DNA of 64,000 bases from Flavobacteriaceae bacterium (GTDB lineage Bacteria > Bacteroidota > Bacteroidia > Flavobacteriales > Flavobacteriaceae), in contig DATGMW010000181.1 of assembly GCA_035307105.1 (NCBI GenBank), forward strand, positions 3,706 to 67,705, in the 5' to 3' direction. Both the position numbers and the translations under genes were made by a program. This document shows, piece after piece, positions 1-9,922 of this stretch; the first letter of the stretch is position 1; each line of letters begins with the position of its first letter. The notes beneath the pieces were generated by a model, which was not told the origin of the DNA, did not search any database, and saw only the letters and a list, made by a program, of their open reading frames with translations.

Positions 1-1155
1 TTTAATGCTGCAAACGCACAAATGGGAATCTATACCACAGCATATAACATGATATACAGAACCAACCTTATCTTAAAATTTCTTGACCAAAGCAGCTTTC
101 AGGAATCCTTCCGTTCAAAAATAGAAGCAGAAGCCAGAGGGATAAGAGCCATTGCACATTTTGATGTAGTTAAGTTTTATGGTAAGATTCCCACGCAAGG
201 TGGTGAGCTAGGTTTAGGCATTCTATACAACACTAGTATAGACCCACCAAACACTCCCTCTAGACTAGACCTATTAGAAACCTATAATCATATTATTGAG
301 GACTTAGAGTTTGCATATAACCACATAGAAACAAACCAAAGAGGCGGAAGATTAAACAAAGAGGCAATCGCTTTATACTTGTCCAGGGTGCATCTTTATT
401 TAGGTGGGGACGAAAACAACATAAAAGCATCTCAATATGCCTCCGAAATAACCACACAACCATCACCAAGAGAGGATTTAGCCTCGGTATTTACCGACGA
501 CAGTAAGGCTGGAGTACTATTCTACATTAGCAATATGCCAGGAGAGGATGGAATGGAGCAACCTATTGGATATACCTGGGGAAAAGGAAGTATTAATAAT
601 AGATCCTCAGAATTTAATGTAACTAAATCTTTCTATGATATGTTTGACTCCAGTGACATTAGAAAAGAAGTATTTATGAAGAAAGGAGAAGATGCTCATG
701 GCAATTCCGGTATTTTTATTGCTAAACTATGGGGCAAAGGAGGCAGTCACAACGGTATAGTAGATCTTAAAATACTACGTGCAGAAGAAGCCATACTAAA
801 TAAAGCAGAAGCAGAATATAAACTAAACAATCACGGTGTAGCATTGGCAGAATTAGACAAACTTAGAGAGGTTAGGTATACCGACTTCGTATCTGGAAAT
901 GAGACTGGTGATGCACTGTGGGAGGCTATAAAATTGGAAAGAAGACTTGAGTTGGCTTTTGAATCGAGCAGATTCTTAGACATCAAAAGATGGGGAGAGG
1001 ACTTAAGTAGATTTGACGAAGGCCACCAGCAAGATGGTTCGGGAGAAAACCCAATTACGTTAGAAGTGGAAAATTCTAGCTATAAGTTTTTATTGCCATT
1101 TTCCCTAGACGCCATGGCTAGGAACCCTAACCTTGTTCAGAATCCTGGATACTAA
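1..1155 (+). CDS. RagB/SusD-family nutrient-binding outer membrane protein, C-terminal part (5' end lies outside the window)
   Basis: The frame is open from base 1, with no stop before the ATG at 22. The C-terminal segment LERRLELAFESSRFLDIKRWGED resembles the conserved SusD-like C-terminus. A hairpin follows the stop. Confidence 0.75.
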   Translation, partial: FNAANAQMGIYTTAYNMIYRTNLILKFLDQSSFQESFRSKIEAEARGIRAIAHFDVVKFYGKIPTQGGELGLGILYNTSIDPPNTPSRLDLLETYNHIIEDLEFAYNHIETNQRGGRLNKEAIALYLSRVHLYLGGDENNIKASQYASEITTQPSPREDLASVFTDDSKAGVLFYISNMPGEDGMEQPIGYTWGKGSINNRSSEFNVTKSFYDMFDSSDIRKEVFMKKGEDAHGNSGIFIAKLWGKGGSHNGIVDLKILRAEEAILNKAEAEYKLNNHGVALAELDKLREVRYTDFVSGNETGDALWEAIKLERRLELAFESSRFLDIKRWGEDLSRFDEGHQQDGSGENPITLEVENSSYKFLLPFSLDAMARNPNLVQNPGY

Positions 1156-1195
1156 GACGATTAAAAAGTTTTTTGATTCATTCACGAAGCATACC

Positions 1196-1223
1196 AAGGG
1201 CTACCAAAAAATAGGTAGCCCTT
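1196..1223 (+). terminator. Putative intrinsic terminator after the SusD-like gene
   Basis: Perfect 10-bp stem AAGGGCTACC / GGTAGCCCTT with an 8-nt A-rich loop. The downstream T-tract is weak (CTATTAT). Confidence 0.5.
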
Positions 1224-1280
1224 CTATTATGCTATGAGGACACACAAAATTTCGTACATTTGAAACATATATTTACATTT

Positions 1281-2024
1281 ATGAGTACACAACAAAGAAT
1301 ATTTGGAATACATCCTGTTAGAGAAGCGATAGAAGCAGAGAAAGATATCGACAAAATCTATATCCAACAGGGCATAGAGAATCCAGTAATCAACACCATA
1401 CTAAAGAAACTTGAAGGCACTTCTACCCAGATCCAAGAAGTCCCTATCGAAAAGCTTAATCGCTTAACCAAAGGGAACCACCAAGGGATTGTAGCAGATA
1501 TATCGCCGATTAAAATCCGCGAATTCGCAGAGGTGGTAGAGCAAGTTCTTGCAAACAAACCCAATCCATTGTTCTTAGTACTCGATCAAATATCCGACGT
1601 TCGAAATTTTGGTGCTATTATTAGGTCTGCGGAATGTACGGGCGTAGATGCTATTATTGTGCAGAAAAAAGGAGGCGCACCAATCTCTGCAGATACGGTA
1701 AAGACATCAGCTGGTGCTATATTTAACGTACCAATCTGCAAGGTAGATCATATAAAAGATGCGGTATTTTATTTTAAAGCATCTGGAGTGTATACCATCG
1801 CAGCTGCAGGAAAAGGAGAAACAACCATATATGAAACCGATACTAAAAAACCACTTGCTTTAATCATGGGGTCGGAAGGCAGAGGAGTATCTCATTCGGT
1901 ACTAAAAGAGGTAGATGCTAGTGCTTCGCTCCCACTCTTAGGACAGATAAACTCACTGAATGTTTCGGTTGCATGTGGTGCTATTCTATACGAGATCGTT
2001 CGTCAGCGGAGTTTTTCCTCTTAG
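1281..2024 (+). CDS. rlmB: 23S rRNA 2'-O-ribose methyltransferase, SpoU/TrmH family (RlmB-like)
   Basis: N-terminal IFGIHPVREAI; SpoU methylase motifs NFGAIIRSAE, GSEGRGVS and LNVSVACGAILYE. The ATG at 1281 is preferred over the TTG at 1260 used in the ORF track. Confidence 0.85.
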   Translation: MSTQQRIFGIHPVREAIEAEKDIDKIYIQQGIENPVINTILKKLEGTSTQIQEVPIEKLNRLTKGNHQGIVADISPIKIREFAEVVEQVLANKPNPLFLVLDQISDVRNFGAIIRSAECTGVDAIIVQKKGGAPISADTVKTSAGAIFNVPICKVDHIKDAVFYFKASGVYTIAAAGKGETTIYETDTKKPLALIMGSEGRGVSHSVLKEVDASASLPLLGQINSLNVSVACGAILYEIVRQRSFSS

Positions 2025-2772
2025 TTTCATCGGATTCATAATGGTATTCTATTTGACCTCTATGTAATCCAGTGTGGTTGTTTTCGCTTGGTTTACTATT
2101 ATACCAATGTTCTGTAGGATGGAAGTTGCCTTTAGAGTCAAAATGCTGCATAAAAAGATCGTCGGCTGCGCTATAGTCCTCCTTCTCCCACTCATACTTC
2201 TTTTGTACGGTAGGGAGGTTTTTATAGTTCCATAAAGCCAAGACGATTCCTACAACAAATCCTGAGCTATGTCCCTCCCAAGAAATCTTAGGATCGATTG
2301 GGAATAAATACCAGATTAAACTACCATAGAAGAACACCACGATAAGCGAGATACTAGTCAGCTGTACATTTCTACTGATCAAGCCCTGAAACAAGAGAAA
2401 TGACGCCAGCATATACACCACACCACTAGCACCTATATGATATGCAGGTCTACCAATAAGCCAGGTTCCTAGCCCTGCAAACAGCGTCCCAAAAATAAGG
2501 ATACGCAGGGCTTGCTTGGGGTAAAAATATAAAAGGGTGCTCGTCAACACTATCAGCGGAACCGAGTTATTGAATAAATGCTTTAAGCTACCATGCAGGA
2601 ATGGTCCAAAAAGAATACCTCGAAGACCAGAAATAGTACCTGGCATAATTCCATAATGATTCAGGCCATACCCCCAACGAACCTCAATCCAAAATACAAT
2701 CCACATCGCCAGCACAAGATATACTGGAAGGATCATAAATTTTATATTTATTTGAGCTTTAGGTTTTCGCAT
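1981..2772 (-). CDS. Rhomboid-family intramembrane serine protease
   Basis: Multi-pass hydrophobic protein with the rhomboid H-x4-H-x3-N motif (LHGSLKHLFNN) and catalytic GASG (HIGASGVVY). It has a hydrophilic C-terminal tail. Its 3' end overlaps the rlmB 3' end by 44 nt. Confidence 0.8.
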   Translation of the reverse strand: MRKPKAQINIKFMILPVYLVLAMWIVFWIEVRWGYGLNHYGIMPGTISGLRGILFGPFLHGSLKHLFNNSVPLIVLTSTLLYFYPKQALRILIFGTLFAGLGTWLIGRPAYHIGASGVVYMLASFLLFQGLISRNVQLTSISLIVVFFYGSLIWYLFPIDPKISWEGHSSGFVVGIVLALWNYKNLPTVQKKYEWEKEDYSAADDLFMQHFDSKGNFHPTEHWYNSKPSENNHTGLHRGQIEYHYESDETKRKNSADERSRIE

Positions 2773-2859
2773 AATTCTAAAGAATAGTACAACTTACAAA
2801 GTTTCTTACAAATAATATAATGCTTATCCATTCCGTAAAATAGTTTTACCTTTGTCCTT

Positions 2860-4137
2860 ATGAACACACCACTTGCAGAACGGATTCGTCCAAAGAGTCT
2901 GAACGATTATATAAGCCAACAACACTTAATCGGTCCACAAGGCTCCATTAGGAAACAATTGGAGGCAGGCGTATTATCTAGTCTCATATTATGGGGTCCT
3001 CCAGGTACTGGAAAAACAACCTTAGCCAATATTCTTGCTCAAGAAACCAAACGGCCTTTCTATACTCTTAGTGCCATTGATAGTGGTGTTGCTGCAGTAC
3101 GTGAAGTCATAGAGCGTGCCAAGAAAAGCGACAACCTATTTTCCCATGGCAATCCTATCTTGTTTATAGATGAAATCCATCGATTTAGCAAGTCGCAACA
3201 GGACTCTTTGCTAGGCGCAGTGGAGAAAGGATGGATTACATTGATCGGCGCAACAACCGAAAACCCAAGTTTCGAGGTTATTTCTGCTTTGCTGTCGCGT
3301 TGTCAGGTCTACACTTTAAACTCTTTTAATAAAGAAGACCTATTGGCATTAATCGATCGAGCGATTACTACGGATGTGGTTTTACAAAAACGAGACATCA
3401 AGCTAGAAGAAACCGATAGTTTGCTTATGCTTTCTGGAGGAGATGCTCGTAAACTATTAAACCTACTGGAAGTGGTAGTACAATCGCAACGAGAAGACCC
3501 AGTAGTAATAACCGATGAGACAGTGCAGGCCTTAGCACAAACCTCCACGGCTAGGTACGACAAATCTGGTGATCAACATTATGATATTGCTTCGGCACTG
3601 ATAAAATCGATACGTGGAAGCGATCCAAATGCTGCGGTGTATTGGCTAGCTCGCATGATAGAAGGTGGCGAAGATGTGAAGTTTATCGCTAGAAGGCTTT
3701 TGATATTGGCCTCCGAAGATATCGGAAACGCCAACCCTACCGCCCTATTGGTTGCAAACAACTGTTTTCAAGCGGTAAGCGTTATAGGCTACCCAGAATC
3801 AAGGATTATCCTAAGCCAATGTGTAATTTACCTTGCTAGCTCCGCAAAAAGCAATGCTAGCTACGAGGCAATTAATGCGGCGCAGAGCCTAGTAAAACAA
3901 ACAGGAAATCTTTCTGTGCCTTTGTCTATACGAAATGCCCCAACCAAATTGATGCAACAACTCGGATACGGTGCAAACTATGCTTATGCACATAATTATG
4001 AACGCAACTTTGTGCCACACGAGTTTATGCCTGAAGAAATTAAAGGCACGAGCTTTTATAAACCTGGAAACAATTCTAGGGAGAGCAAACTTAAAGCATA
4101 TCTAGAATCCCTTTGGCAGGATAAATACGAATTTTAG
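2860..4137 (+). CDS. rarA: Replication-associated recombination protein A (AAA+ ATPase, MgsA/RarA)
   Basis: Walker A GPPGTGKTT, Walker B FIDEIHRF, and a C-terminal MgsA-type segment (IKSIRGSDPNAAVYWLARM). Confidence 0.93.
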   Translation: MNTPLAERIRPKSLNDYISQQHLIGPQGSIRKQLEAGVLSSLILWGPPGTGKTTLANILAQETKRPFYTLSAIDSGVAAVREVIERAKKSDNLFSHGNPILFIDEIHRFSKSQQDSLLGAVEKGWITLIGATTENPSFEVISALLSRCQVYTLNSFNKEDLLALIDRAITTDVVLQKRDIKLEETDSLLMLSGGDARKLLNLLEVVVQSQREDPVVITDETVQALAQTSTARYDKSGDQHYDIASALIKSIRGSDPNAAVYWLARMIEGGEDVKFIARRLLILASEDIGNANPTALLVANNCFQAVSVIGYPESRIILSQCVIYLASSAKSNASYEAINAAQSLVKQTGNLSVPLSIRNAPTKLMQQLGYGANYAYAHNYERNFVPHEFMPEEIKGTSFYKPGNNSRESKLKAYLESLWQDKYEF

Positions 4138-4820
4138 AATAAAGTTTTAAGCTCCGATAAAGTGATTATTTGCTTAAATTTTTCAGGGATTTCTTCTTTG
4201 TGATAGTCGTAATGTATTGCGTGCATACCAACATTATCTGCCCCTAATATATCGGCATCAAAATTATCGCCAATCATCACTGCGCTCACCGCTTGGGTTT
4301 GTGCTTTGGTCATCGCTTTATTAAATATCTCTGGATCTGGTTTTTTCACTCCAGCATCATCCGAGGTGGTAATAGTTTGGAAGTAATTGCTTAACCCACT
4401 TCTATTGATTTTAATGTGCTGCTCGGTAGAAAAACCATTGGTAATGATATGCATTCGATATTTGGAGAATAAATATTTTAAAGTGGGAATAGCATCATCA
4501 AATAATTGGTTGTTTTTTGTAAGTTCTTTTAAATAAGTATCGGACATCTTCTCTAATTCCCTTTCCTGATATGGTTTAGAAAACAGCGCAAGTGTTTCAC
4601 GTAATCTTCCTGTTTTTAAGTCTGCTGCACTTATTTTGTTATAACTATAATCACTCCAATATCTGGTATTAATAGGTTTGTACACGCTCAAGAAGTCTTC
4701 TAAATGTATTGGGATGTTATAGTCTTGTAGGACTTTAGCAAAAGCTAATGCTGAGTTTGCATCAAAATCCCAAAGCGTGTGGTCCAAATCAAAAAATAAG
4801 TCGGTTATAGTATCTGTCAT
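4134..4820 (-). CDS. HAD-IA family hydrolase (YjjG-like nucleotidase type)
   Basis: HAD motif I DLDHTLWD and distal motif GDNFDADILGA. The start ATG shares one base with the upstream stop (TAATG). Its stop overlaps the rarA stop by 4 nt (convergent). Confidence 0.8.
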   Translation of the reverse strand: MTDTITDLFFDLDHTLWDFDANSALAFAKVLQDYNIPIHLEDFLSVYKPINTRYWSDYSYNKISAADLKTGRLRETLALFSKPYQERELEKMSDTYLKELTKNNQLFDDAIPTLKYLFSKYRMHIITNGFSTEQHIKINRSGLSNYFQTITTSDDAGVKKPDPEIFNKAMTKAQTQAVSAVMIGDNFDADILGADNVGMHAIHYDYHKEEIPEKFKQIITLSELKTLF

Positions 4821-6112
4821 TATAATTTTAATTGATTTTTAAATAAATTCTTCCAAAAAGGAGCATTATCTGAATGCGAGAAGCTAAAGTCTTGATTAGA
4901 GAACATAAAGTTTAGCTCACCACCTAAATTAGCCGTTTGTTCATAAAACTCTTGTACCAGCTCCTCTATTTTATCGGTGCCGAACTGTTTTAATGCACTA
5001 GTGGAAATCGCAACTGGCGAAATTATTAAAGGAGTTTTTACTTCGTGCTCTAAATCATAGAACAAAAACTCCGAACAAGTTCCTGCTCTATAGCCAATAG
5101 CCGTAGGATAGACCATGGAATAATCCTTTTCGATCTCCAACTGGATCAAGCCCCTATAGGCATCTGGAAACTTCAGCATATTGTCTTCGAACATACTGCA
5201 CTGCACTGGTCGATGCGTGATGGCCTCCATTCTGGTTTTTTCTTCTTTCATAGCCTGATGATCTAAGATTGCAGCTTTAGAGAACACGATTCCAATCTCT
5301 TCATAATCGCCTACAAACTTTATTTTCTGGCAGATTATTGGGCTATTGGTATTTTGTCTTTCCGAAATTTTAGCGGCATCGCCAAGCATAAAAAATACAA
5401 TCAGCCTTTTGGAAGCCATTTTCGTGTTTTGCACTATCCATGAAAAAGTGTCGTATGGATCTGGCTTTAAGCCTAATAAAGTTTGTGTTCGGATTACAGA
5501 GTCCTTTATTTTCCATTGGCTTATCTCCTTTATATATCCATAGAGTATATTTACCATTGCTTGATTGGCATAGGCGAAAGGTTGTTTGGCCTGTATAAGT
5601 GTATTTACTTTATAGGAAGTCTTCTTATATCTAAGCTTCGGAAATGCAACAAGAATCATATTTAAGAGCATATCTGCCCAAAAATCGATAATGGGCTGCT
5701 CCAAGAACTTATTCTCAAAAGCCAAGCTCTGTTCTACCGGGAAGGAACCAAACTCATCGGGGATGTACGGCAAATACTCTTCGTATCGGGTAATAAGATA
5801 AAAAGATGCTGCGAAAATATCGTAGGACAATGCGCTTTTTTCTGAACAGCGAAAAAAGCCATAAGTATACCCCCACTTATTTACTTCTATAGAAACTGGT
5901 TCTATTTTATTCTCGGACAACAAACCGTGGGCTTCAAAAAACAACTCGGAGCCTAAAGGCACTTTGCCGTAGGATATCTTTGGTTTATTATGTGAGATAA
6001 ATTTTTCTATTTCGGAAGTAAAACTGATTTCTATTCCAAGCATAGTGCAACATATCTGTTTAAATATGTAGTCAATCCGTGGGGTTAATTTCTGTGTATA
6101 AATTAGGAGCAT
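4820..6112 (-). CDS. Conserved protein of unknown function (from memory, homologues may be annotated as polysaccharide deacetylase-like; not verified)
   Basis: Intact 430-aa ORF with no competing frame, translationally coupled to the HAD gene. No catalytic motif that I can name with confidence. Confidence 0.65.
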   Translation of the reverse strand: MLLIYTQKLTPRIDYIFKQICCTMLGIEISFTSEIEKFISHNKPKISYGKVPLGSELFFEAHGLLSENKIEPVSIEVNKWGYTYGFFRCSEKSALSYDIFAASFYLITRYEEYLPYIPDEFGSFPVEQSLAFENKFLEQPIIDFWADMLLNMILVAFPKLRYKKTSYKVNTLIQAKQPFAYANQAMVNILYGYIKEISQWKIKDSVIRTQTLLGLKPDPYDTFSWIVQNTKMASKRLIVFFMLGDAAKISERQNTNSPIICQKIKFVGDYEEIGIVFSKAAILDHQAMKEEKTRMEAITHRPVQCSMFEDNMLKFPDAYRGLIQLEIEKDYSMVYPTAIGYRAGTCSEFLFYDLEHEVKTPLIISPVAISTSALKQFGTDKIEELVQEFYEQTANLGGELNFMFSNQDFSFSHSDNAPFWKNLFKNQLKL

Positions 6113-6117
6113 AAGTC

Positions 6118-6813
6118 TTACATCATATTTTCATCGGCGAAGCTAAAATAGGCTTTTTCTGTTATTATAAGGTGGTCAAGCACTTTTATATCCAGTGTTT
6201 TGGCAGCGTTTTGCATTTTCTTTGTCAAAACTTTATCGGATTGGCTTGCAACCAAGGTCCCCGACGGGTGGTTGTGTACTAAAATAATGGCTACAGCATC
6301 TAGTAATAATGCACGTTTTAGAACCATTCTGCTATCCACCAAAGTCCCTGTCAAACCACCTTGTGTATGTTTTTCACTGAGCAGGACCACATTGGCATTA
6401 TTAAGAAATAAAACCCAGAATTCTTCGTGGGGTAAATCGCTAAGAATAGGTTGCATTCTGTCGAACACATCCTTGCTAGACCGGATTTTGGTTTGCTGAT
6501 TTGCCTGCGCCAATCGTCTCCGCCTTCCCAGCTCCAATGCCGCCATCAAAGTTACTGCCTTGGCCACTCCTATGCCATTGTATTGTTGAAACTCCGCAAT
6601 GCTTTTCCTTGCAAGTGTCGATAAGGAGTCTTCTACATCTCGTAAAATCCTCTTCGCCAATCCCACAGCGGTTTCTTCTCTGTTGCCCGAGCCTAGCAAA
6701 ATAGCCAACAACTCGGCGTCGGTCAAGGCGGTTTCTCCGCGTTTTAAGAGCTTTTCTCTAGGCCGGTCCTCCTCGTTCCAGTCTTTAATTGTACGTAGTT
6801 TATTAGTAGTCAT
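6118..6813 (-). CDS. radC: RadC-family JAB/MPN domain protein
   Basis: JAMM motif HNHPSG in the C-terminal domain; N-terminal LLAILLGSG helix-hairpin-helix-like region. Confidence 0.9.
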   Translation of the reverse strand: MTTNKLRTIKDWNEEDRPREKLLKRGETALTDAELLAILLGSGNREETAVGLAKRILRDVEDSLSTLARKSIAEFQQYNGIGVAKAVTLMAALELGRRRRLAQANQQTKIRSSKDVFDRMQPILSDLPHEEFWVLFLNNANVVLLSEKHTQGGLTGTLVDSRMVLKRALLLDAVAIILVHNHPSGTLVASQSDKVLTKKMQNAAKTLDIKVLDHLIITEKAYFSFADENMM

Positions 6814-6870
6814 AATGCATTGTTTTACTAACGGACTATTAAAGATACAGATTAAAAACCAAAGCTAAGT

Positions 6871-8223
6871 TTATAGGATGCTTCCGATGTCTTCTATTGG
6901 TAATCCACCATAGTTACCACTGCTCATAAGCAACAAAACCGAATTGTTTAAATCCTTTTCTTCTAAGCAGGTTCTTAAGTCCGATGGATCTGTAAACACT
7001 TTTAGCGATTCCCTATTGAAGGATTTAAGGATTTGCTCTTCACTGATTGGCTTTAAACCTTTAATTGCTACTGCATCTGGCGAATAGAAGACTATTGCCT
7101 CATCCGCAGGATTTAAAGTGTTTTGATATTCTTCTAAAAACGAAGGGGTTAAACTGCTATAGGTATGCAGTTCCAAACAAGCTACTAAATTTCTATTCGG
7201 ATATTGCTCCTTTACCGCTGCAGTGGTCGCTTCTACTTTGGATGGGGAGTGTGCGTAATCTTTATACACCACGGTTTCTGGAGATTCGTAAATTTTCTCT
7301 AAGCGTTTACTAGCTCCAGTAAAGCTAGCAATTGCTTCGTAAAAATCTATTTCATCCACCCCCATCAGTTGGCAAATCCATCGCGCACCTTCTACGTTTT
7401 GTAAATTATGTTTTCCAAAAACTTCCATCGGCATCAAGCCTTCTGGAGTATCTAAAAGCGTTACACCATCCTGGATCTTATGCACTGGCGTTTTATAAGG
7501 GTATTTCTTTATGGTGTTTTCGGAAGCCAATACGATTTTGGATAACACCTCATCTTCGGCATTATAGATCACCGAACCACCAGAGGTTATTTTTTCTAGG
7601 AAAATTTCGAACTGCTCTACGTAGGACTCAAAAGTCGGGAATACATTTATATGATCCCAAGCAATGCCACTCAATAAAGCGATGCTCGGTTTGTAGAGAT
7701 GAAACTTAGGACTTCTGTCTATGGCAGAGGAAAGATACTCATCTCCTTCTAAAACAATAAAATCGTTATCATCGGTTAAATGTACCATAGTGTCAAAGCC
7801 TTCTAGCTGTGCTCCCACCATATAATCTACGTCTTTCTCCCAATATTGCATTACATGCAAAATCATTGAGGTAATTGTGGTTTTTCCATGCGAACCACCA
7901 ATAACTACACGTGTTTTATTTTTGGAGTGTTCGTAGAGAAATTCTGGATAAGAAACCACTTTTAGTCCTAACTCTTGTGCTTTTAACAACTCTGGATTAT
8001 CCGCTTTAGCGTGCATTCCTAGCACTACCATATCTAAATCTTCTGTAATACGCTCTGGTTCCCACCCTATAGTCTTGGGTAACAATCCAACTTTCTCTAG
8101 TCGGGATTTAGATGGCTCAAAAATAACATCGTCGCTTCCGGTTACTTGGTCGCCATTTTCGTATAAAGCCAAGGCTAAGTTATGCATGGCACTGCCACCT
8201 ATAGCAATAAAGTGTACTCGCAT
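6871..8223 (-). CDS. mpl: Mur ligase family protein, Mpl-like (UDP-N-acetylmuramate:L-Ala-gamma-D-Glu-meso-DAP ligase)
   Basis: N-terminal IAIGGSAMHNLA and ATP-binding GGSHGKTTITSM. The 450-aa length and N-terminus fit the Mpl/MurC branch. Confidence 0.7.
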   Translation of the reverse strand: MRVHFIAIGGSAMHNLALALYENGDQVTGSDDVIFEPSKSRLEKVGLLPKTIGWEPERITEDLDMVVLGMHAKADNPELLKAQELGLKVVSYPEFLYEHSKNKTRVVIGGSHGKTTITSMILHVMQYWEKDVDYMVGAQLEGFDTMVHLTDDNDFIVLEGDEYLSSAIDRSPKFHLYKPSIALLSGIAWDHINVFPTFESYVEQFEIFLEKITSGGSVIYNAEDEVLSKIVLASENTIKKYPYKTPVHKIQDGVTLLDTPEGLMPMEVFGKHNLQNVEGARWICQLMGVDEIDFYEAIASFTGASKRLEKIYESPETVVYKDYAHSPSKVEATTAAVKEQYPNRNLVACLELHTYSSLTPSFLEEYQNTLNPADEAIVFYSPDAVAIKGLKPISEEQILKSFNRESLKVFTDPSDLRTCLEEKDLNNSVLLLMSSGNYGGLPIEDIGSIL

Positions 8224-8300
8224 ATAATCTTAATTTTTTTGTTCTAGCACAAATATAAGGCAAATAAGGCGCTACGAAAACTAGATACCCATAAAGCTTA

Positions 8301-9332
8301 TTAAGAATCTATCTCCAAACCTTCTTTCTGCTTGAAAATTATAGAAGCTAGTACCGACCCCAAAAGCAGTGTACCAATGACAATTAATGAAGTACTAGAG
8401 TGAATCTCTAAGACTGGACTGAGGATCATTTTAACTCCTATGAAGCCAAGAACCAGCGCCAATCCGTAGTTTAGATAATGGAACAGATGAATAAAGTTCG
8501 CTAATATAAAGTATAATGACCTTAAGCCTAGTATCGCAAAAATATTGGAGGTATATAGAATGAATGGCGAGTCGGTGATAGCAAAAATCGCTGGGATAGA
8601 ATCAATGGCGAAAATTAAATCGGTAAATTCTATAATTCCCACAACCAGAAGCAATTGCGTACCATAGCGAACGCCGTTTTTTACGGTAAAAAACTTCCCT
8701 TCGTCGAATTCTGGATGAATGCGAAATAGCTTATTCATAATCCGCGCACCTACTCCTTTGGATACCGACTCTTCCTTTCCCACATCTAATGGATCATCGG
8801 AGTCAAAAGCAGATTTCCATGCCGCGATTAACAAACCGAATCCAAAAACCGTCATCACGGCATTTATCTCTATTGGATTGGAGAATAATCCATTAAAAGT
8901 AGTTGGCGGAAAGTAGGTTAGCTGAATAAGTTTTACACCTGCAAAAATGAAAATAGCCCGCATAACAATCGCACCTAGTATTCCCCAAAACAGCACTTTA
9001 TGTTGGTACTTTTTGGGTACTTTAAATGCTTGGAAAACCAGAATGAAAACAAAAAGATTGTCTACCGATAGTGCTTTTTCTATCCAGTAGGCAGATTGGA
9101 AGTCGGCAAACTCATCAAATCCATATAAACACCATACGCCAGCACTAAAAAGCATAGCAAGACCAACCCATGTAAGCGACCAAACTATAGCCTCCTTATT
9201 GCTTACCTCATGCGGATTCTTATTGAATACGCCCAAGTCTAAAACAAGCATTCCTATAACAATAACCGCAAAAACTATAATCGTTAACGGCTGCTGAAAA
9301 TAGTCGGGATGCGTAATGGATAAAAGAAACAT
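8301..9332 (-). CDS. TerC-family integral membrane protein
   Basis: Multi-TM protein with duplicated TerC-type motifs LSVDNLFVF and AIDSIPAIFAIT. Confidence 0.85.
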   Translation of the reverse strand: MFLLSITHPDYFQQPLTIIVFAVIVIGMLVLDLGVFNKNPHEVSNKEAIVWSLTWVGLAMLFSAGVWCLYGFDEFADFQSAYWIEKALSVDNLFVFILVFQAFKVPKKYQHKVLFWGILGAIVMRAIFIFAGVKLIQLTYFPPTTFNGLFSNPIEINAVMTVFGFGLLIAAWKSAFDSDDPLDVGKEESVSKGVGARIMNKLFRIHPEFDEGKFFTVKNGVRYGTQLLLVVGIIEFTDLIFAIDSIPAIFAITDSPFILYTSNIFAILGLRSLYFILANFIHLFHYLNYGLALVLGFIGVKMILSPVLEIHSSTSLIVIGTLLLGSVLASIIFKQKEGLEIDS

Positions 9333-9374
9333 ATAGGGATTAGTGGGTTAGTAGGCAGCTACTTCGAAAACTAT

Positions 9375-9899
9375 TTATCTTTTATTCGGAGGGAAATTGC
9401 GAAGCAGTTTAGAAACATTTCTTAAATACTGTGCATCCCTGCTAGCTACTGTACCACCTTCTTTTATATCGGCCTTCATGGCGCCTTGCCAAATCATTTT
9501 GTCTTGATTTTCATCTATAATATCAAAAGTAATCTGCTGTAGTTTTCGGTTACCACCTATAGGAACTCTAGTGTTAAGATTAATGCCACCTCTCCTACCA
9601 ATGCGCCGTCCTACTCCTACACCCAAGGAGCTATAGGAGGGCTTGGTGGTTTGCTTGGTATAGTAGTTTATAAGTATGTCAGGAGTATTGCTTTTCACAA
9701 AGCCTTTTTCTCTTAAAACCTGATCTATTGCGCGCCGCATTCTGGAGTCGTTAAGCTCGTTCAAACCAGACCGCATCTTTGGATAGTAATTGTAGGTTTT
9801 GTACTTCGTAAAGTTGGTTCGACTATCGTAGTCCATTTCCACAGACCTACAAGAATTCAGCCCGATTAATAAGAAAGCTAATATAGTAAAGCGCCACAT
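9375..9899 (-). CDS. Small lipoprotein (DUF4136-like)
   Basis: Signal peptide with lipobox (LIGLNSC). A 174-aa protein located between obg and the TerC gene on the same strand. Confidence 0.6.
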   Translation of the reverse strand: MWRFTILAFLLIGLNSCRSVEMDYDSRTNFTKYKTYNYYPKMRSGLNELNDSRMRRAIDQVLREKGFVKSNTPDILINYYTKQTTKPSYSSLGVGVGRRIGRRGGINLNTRVPIGGNRKLQQITFDIIDENQDKMIWQGAMKADIKEGGTVASRDAQYLRNVSKLLRNFPPNKR

Positions 9900-9922
9900 A
9901 ATATTGTTTTTAATTGTATTTT

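Noticed and set aside
1981-2024. 44-nt convergent overlap between the 3' ends of rlmB and the rhomboid protease gene.
   Set aside because: Both ORFs have strong family motifs, and the overlap involves only poorly conserved tails. It is probably a benign overlap or a slightly over-extended tail rather than a regulatory feature.
6200-6868. Three plus-strand ORFs (99, 67 and 89 aa) antisense to radC.
   Set aside because: They lie entirely within or against a well-supported minus-strand gene, have low-complexity S/L/P-rich translations, and show no motifs. These are typical shadow ORFs.
9333-9374. Possible yybP-ykoY (manganese) riboswitch upstream of the TerC-family gene.
   Set aside because: The gap between the upstream lipoprotein gene and the TerC start is only 42 nt, too short for that riboswitch. 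The genes look co-transcribed.
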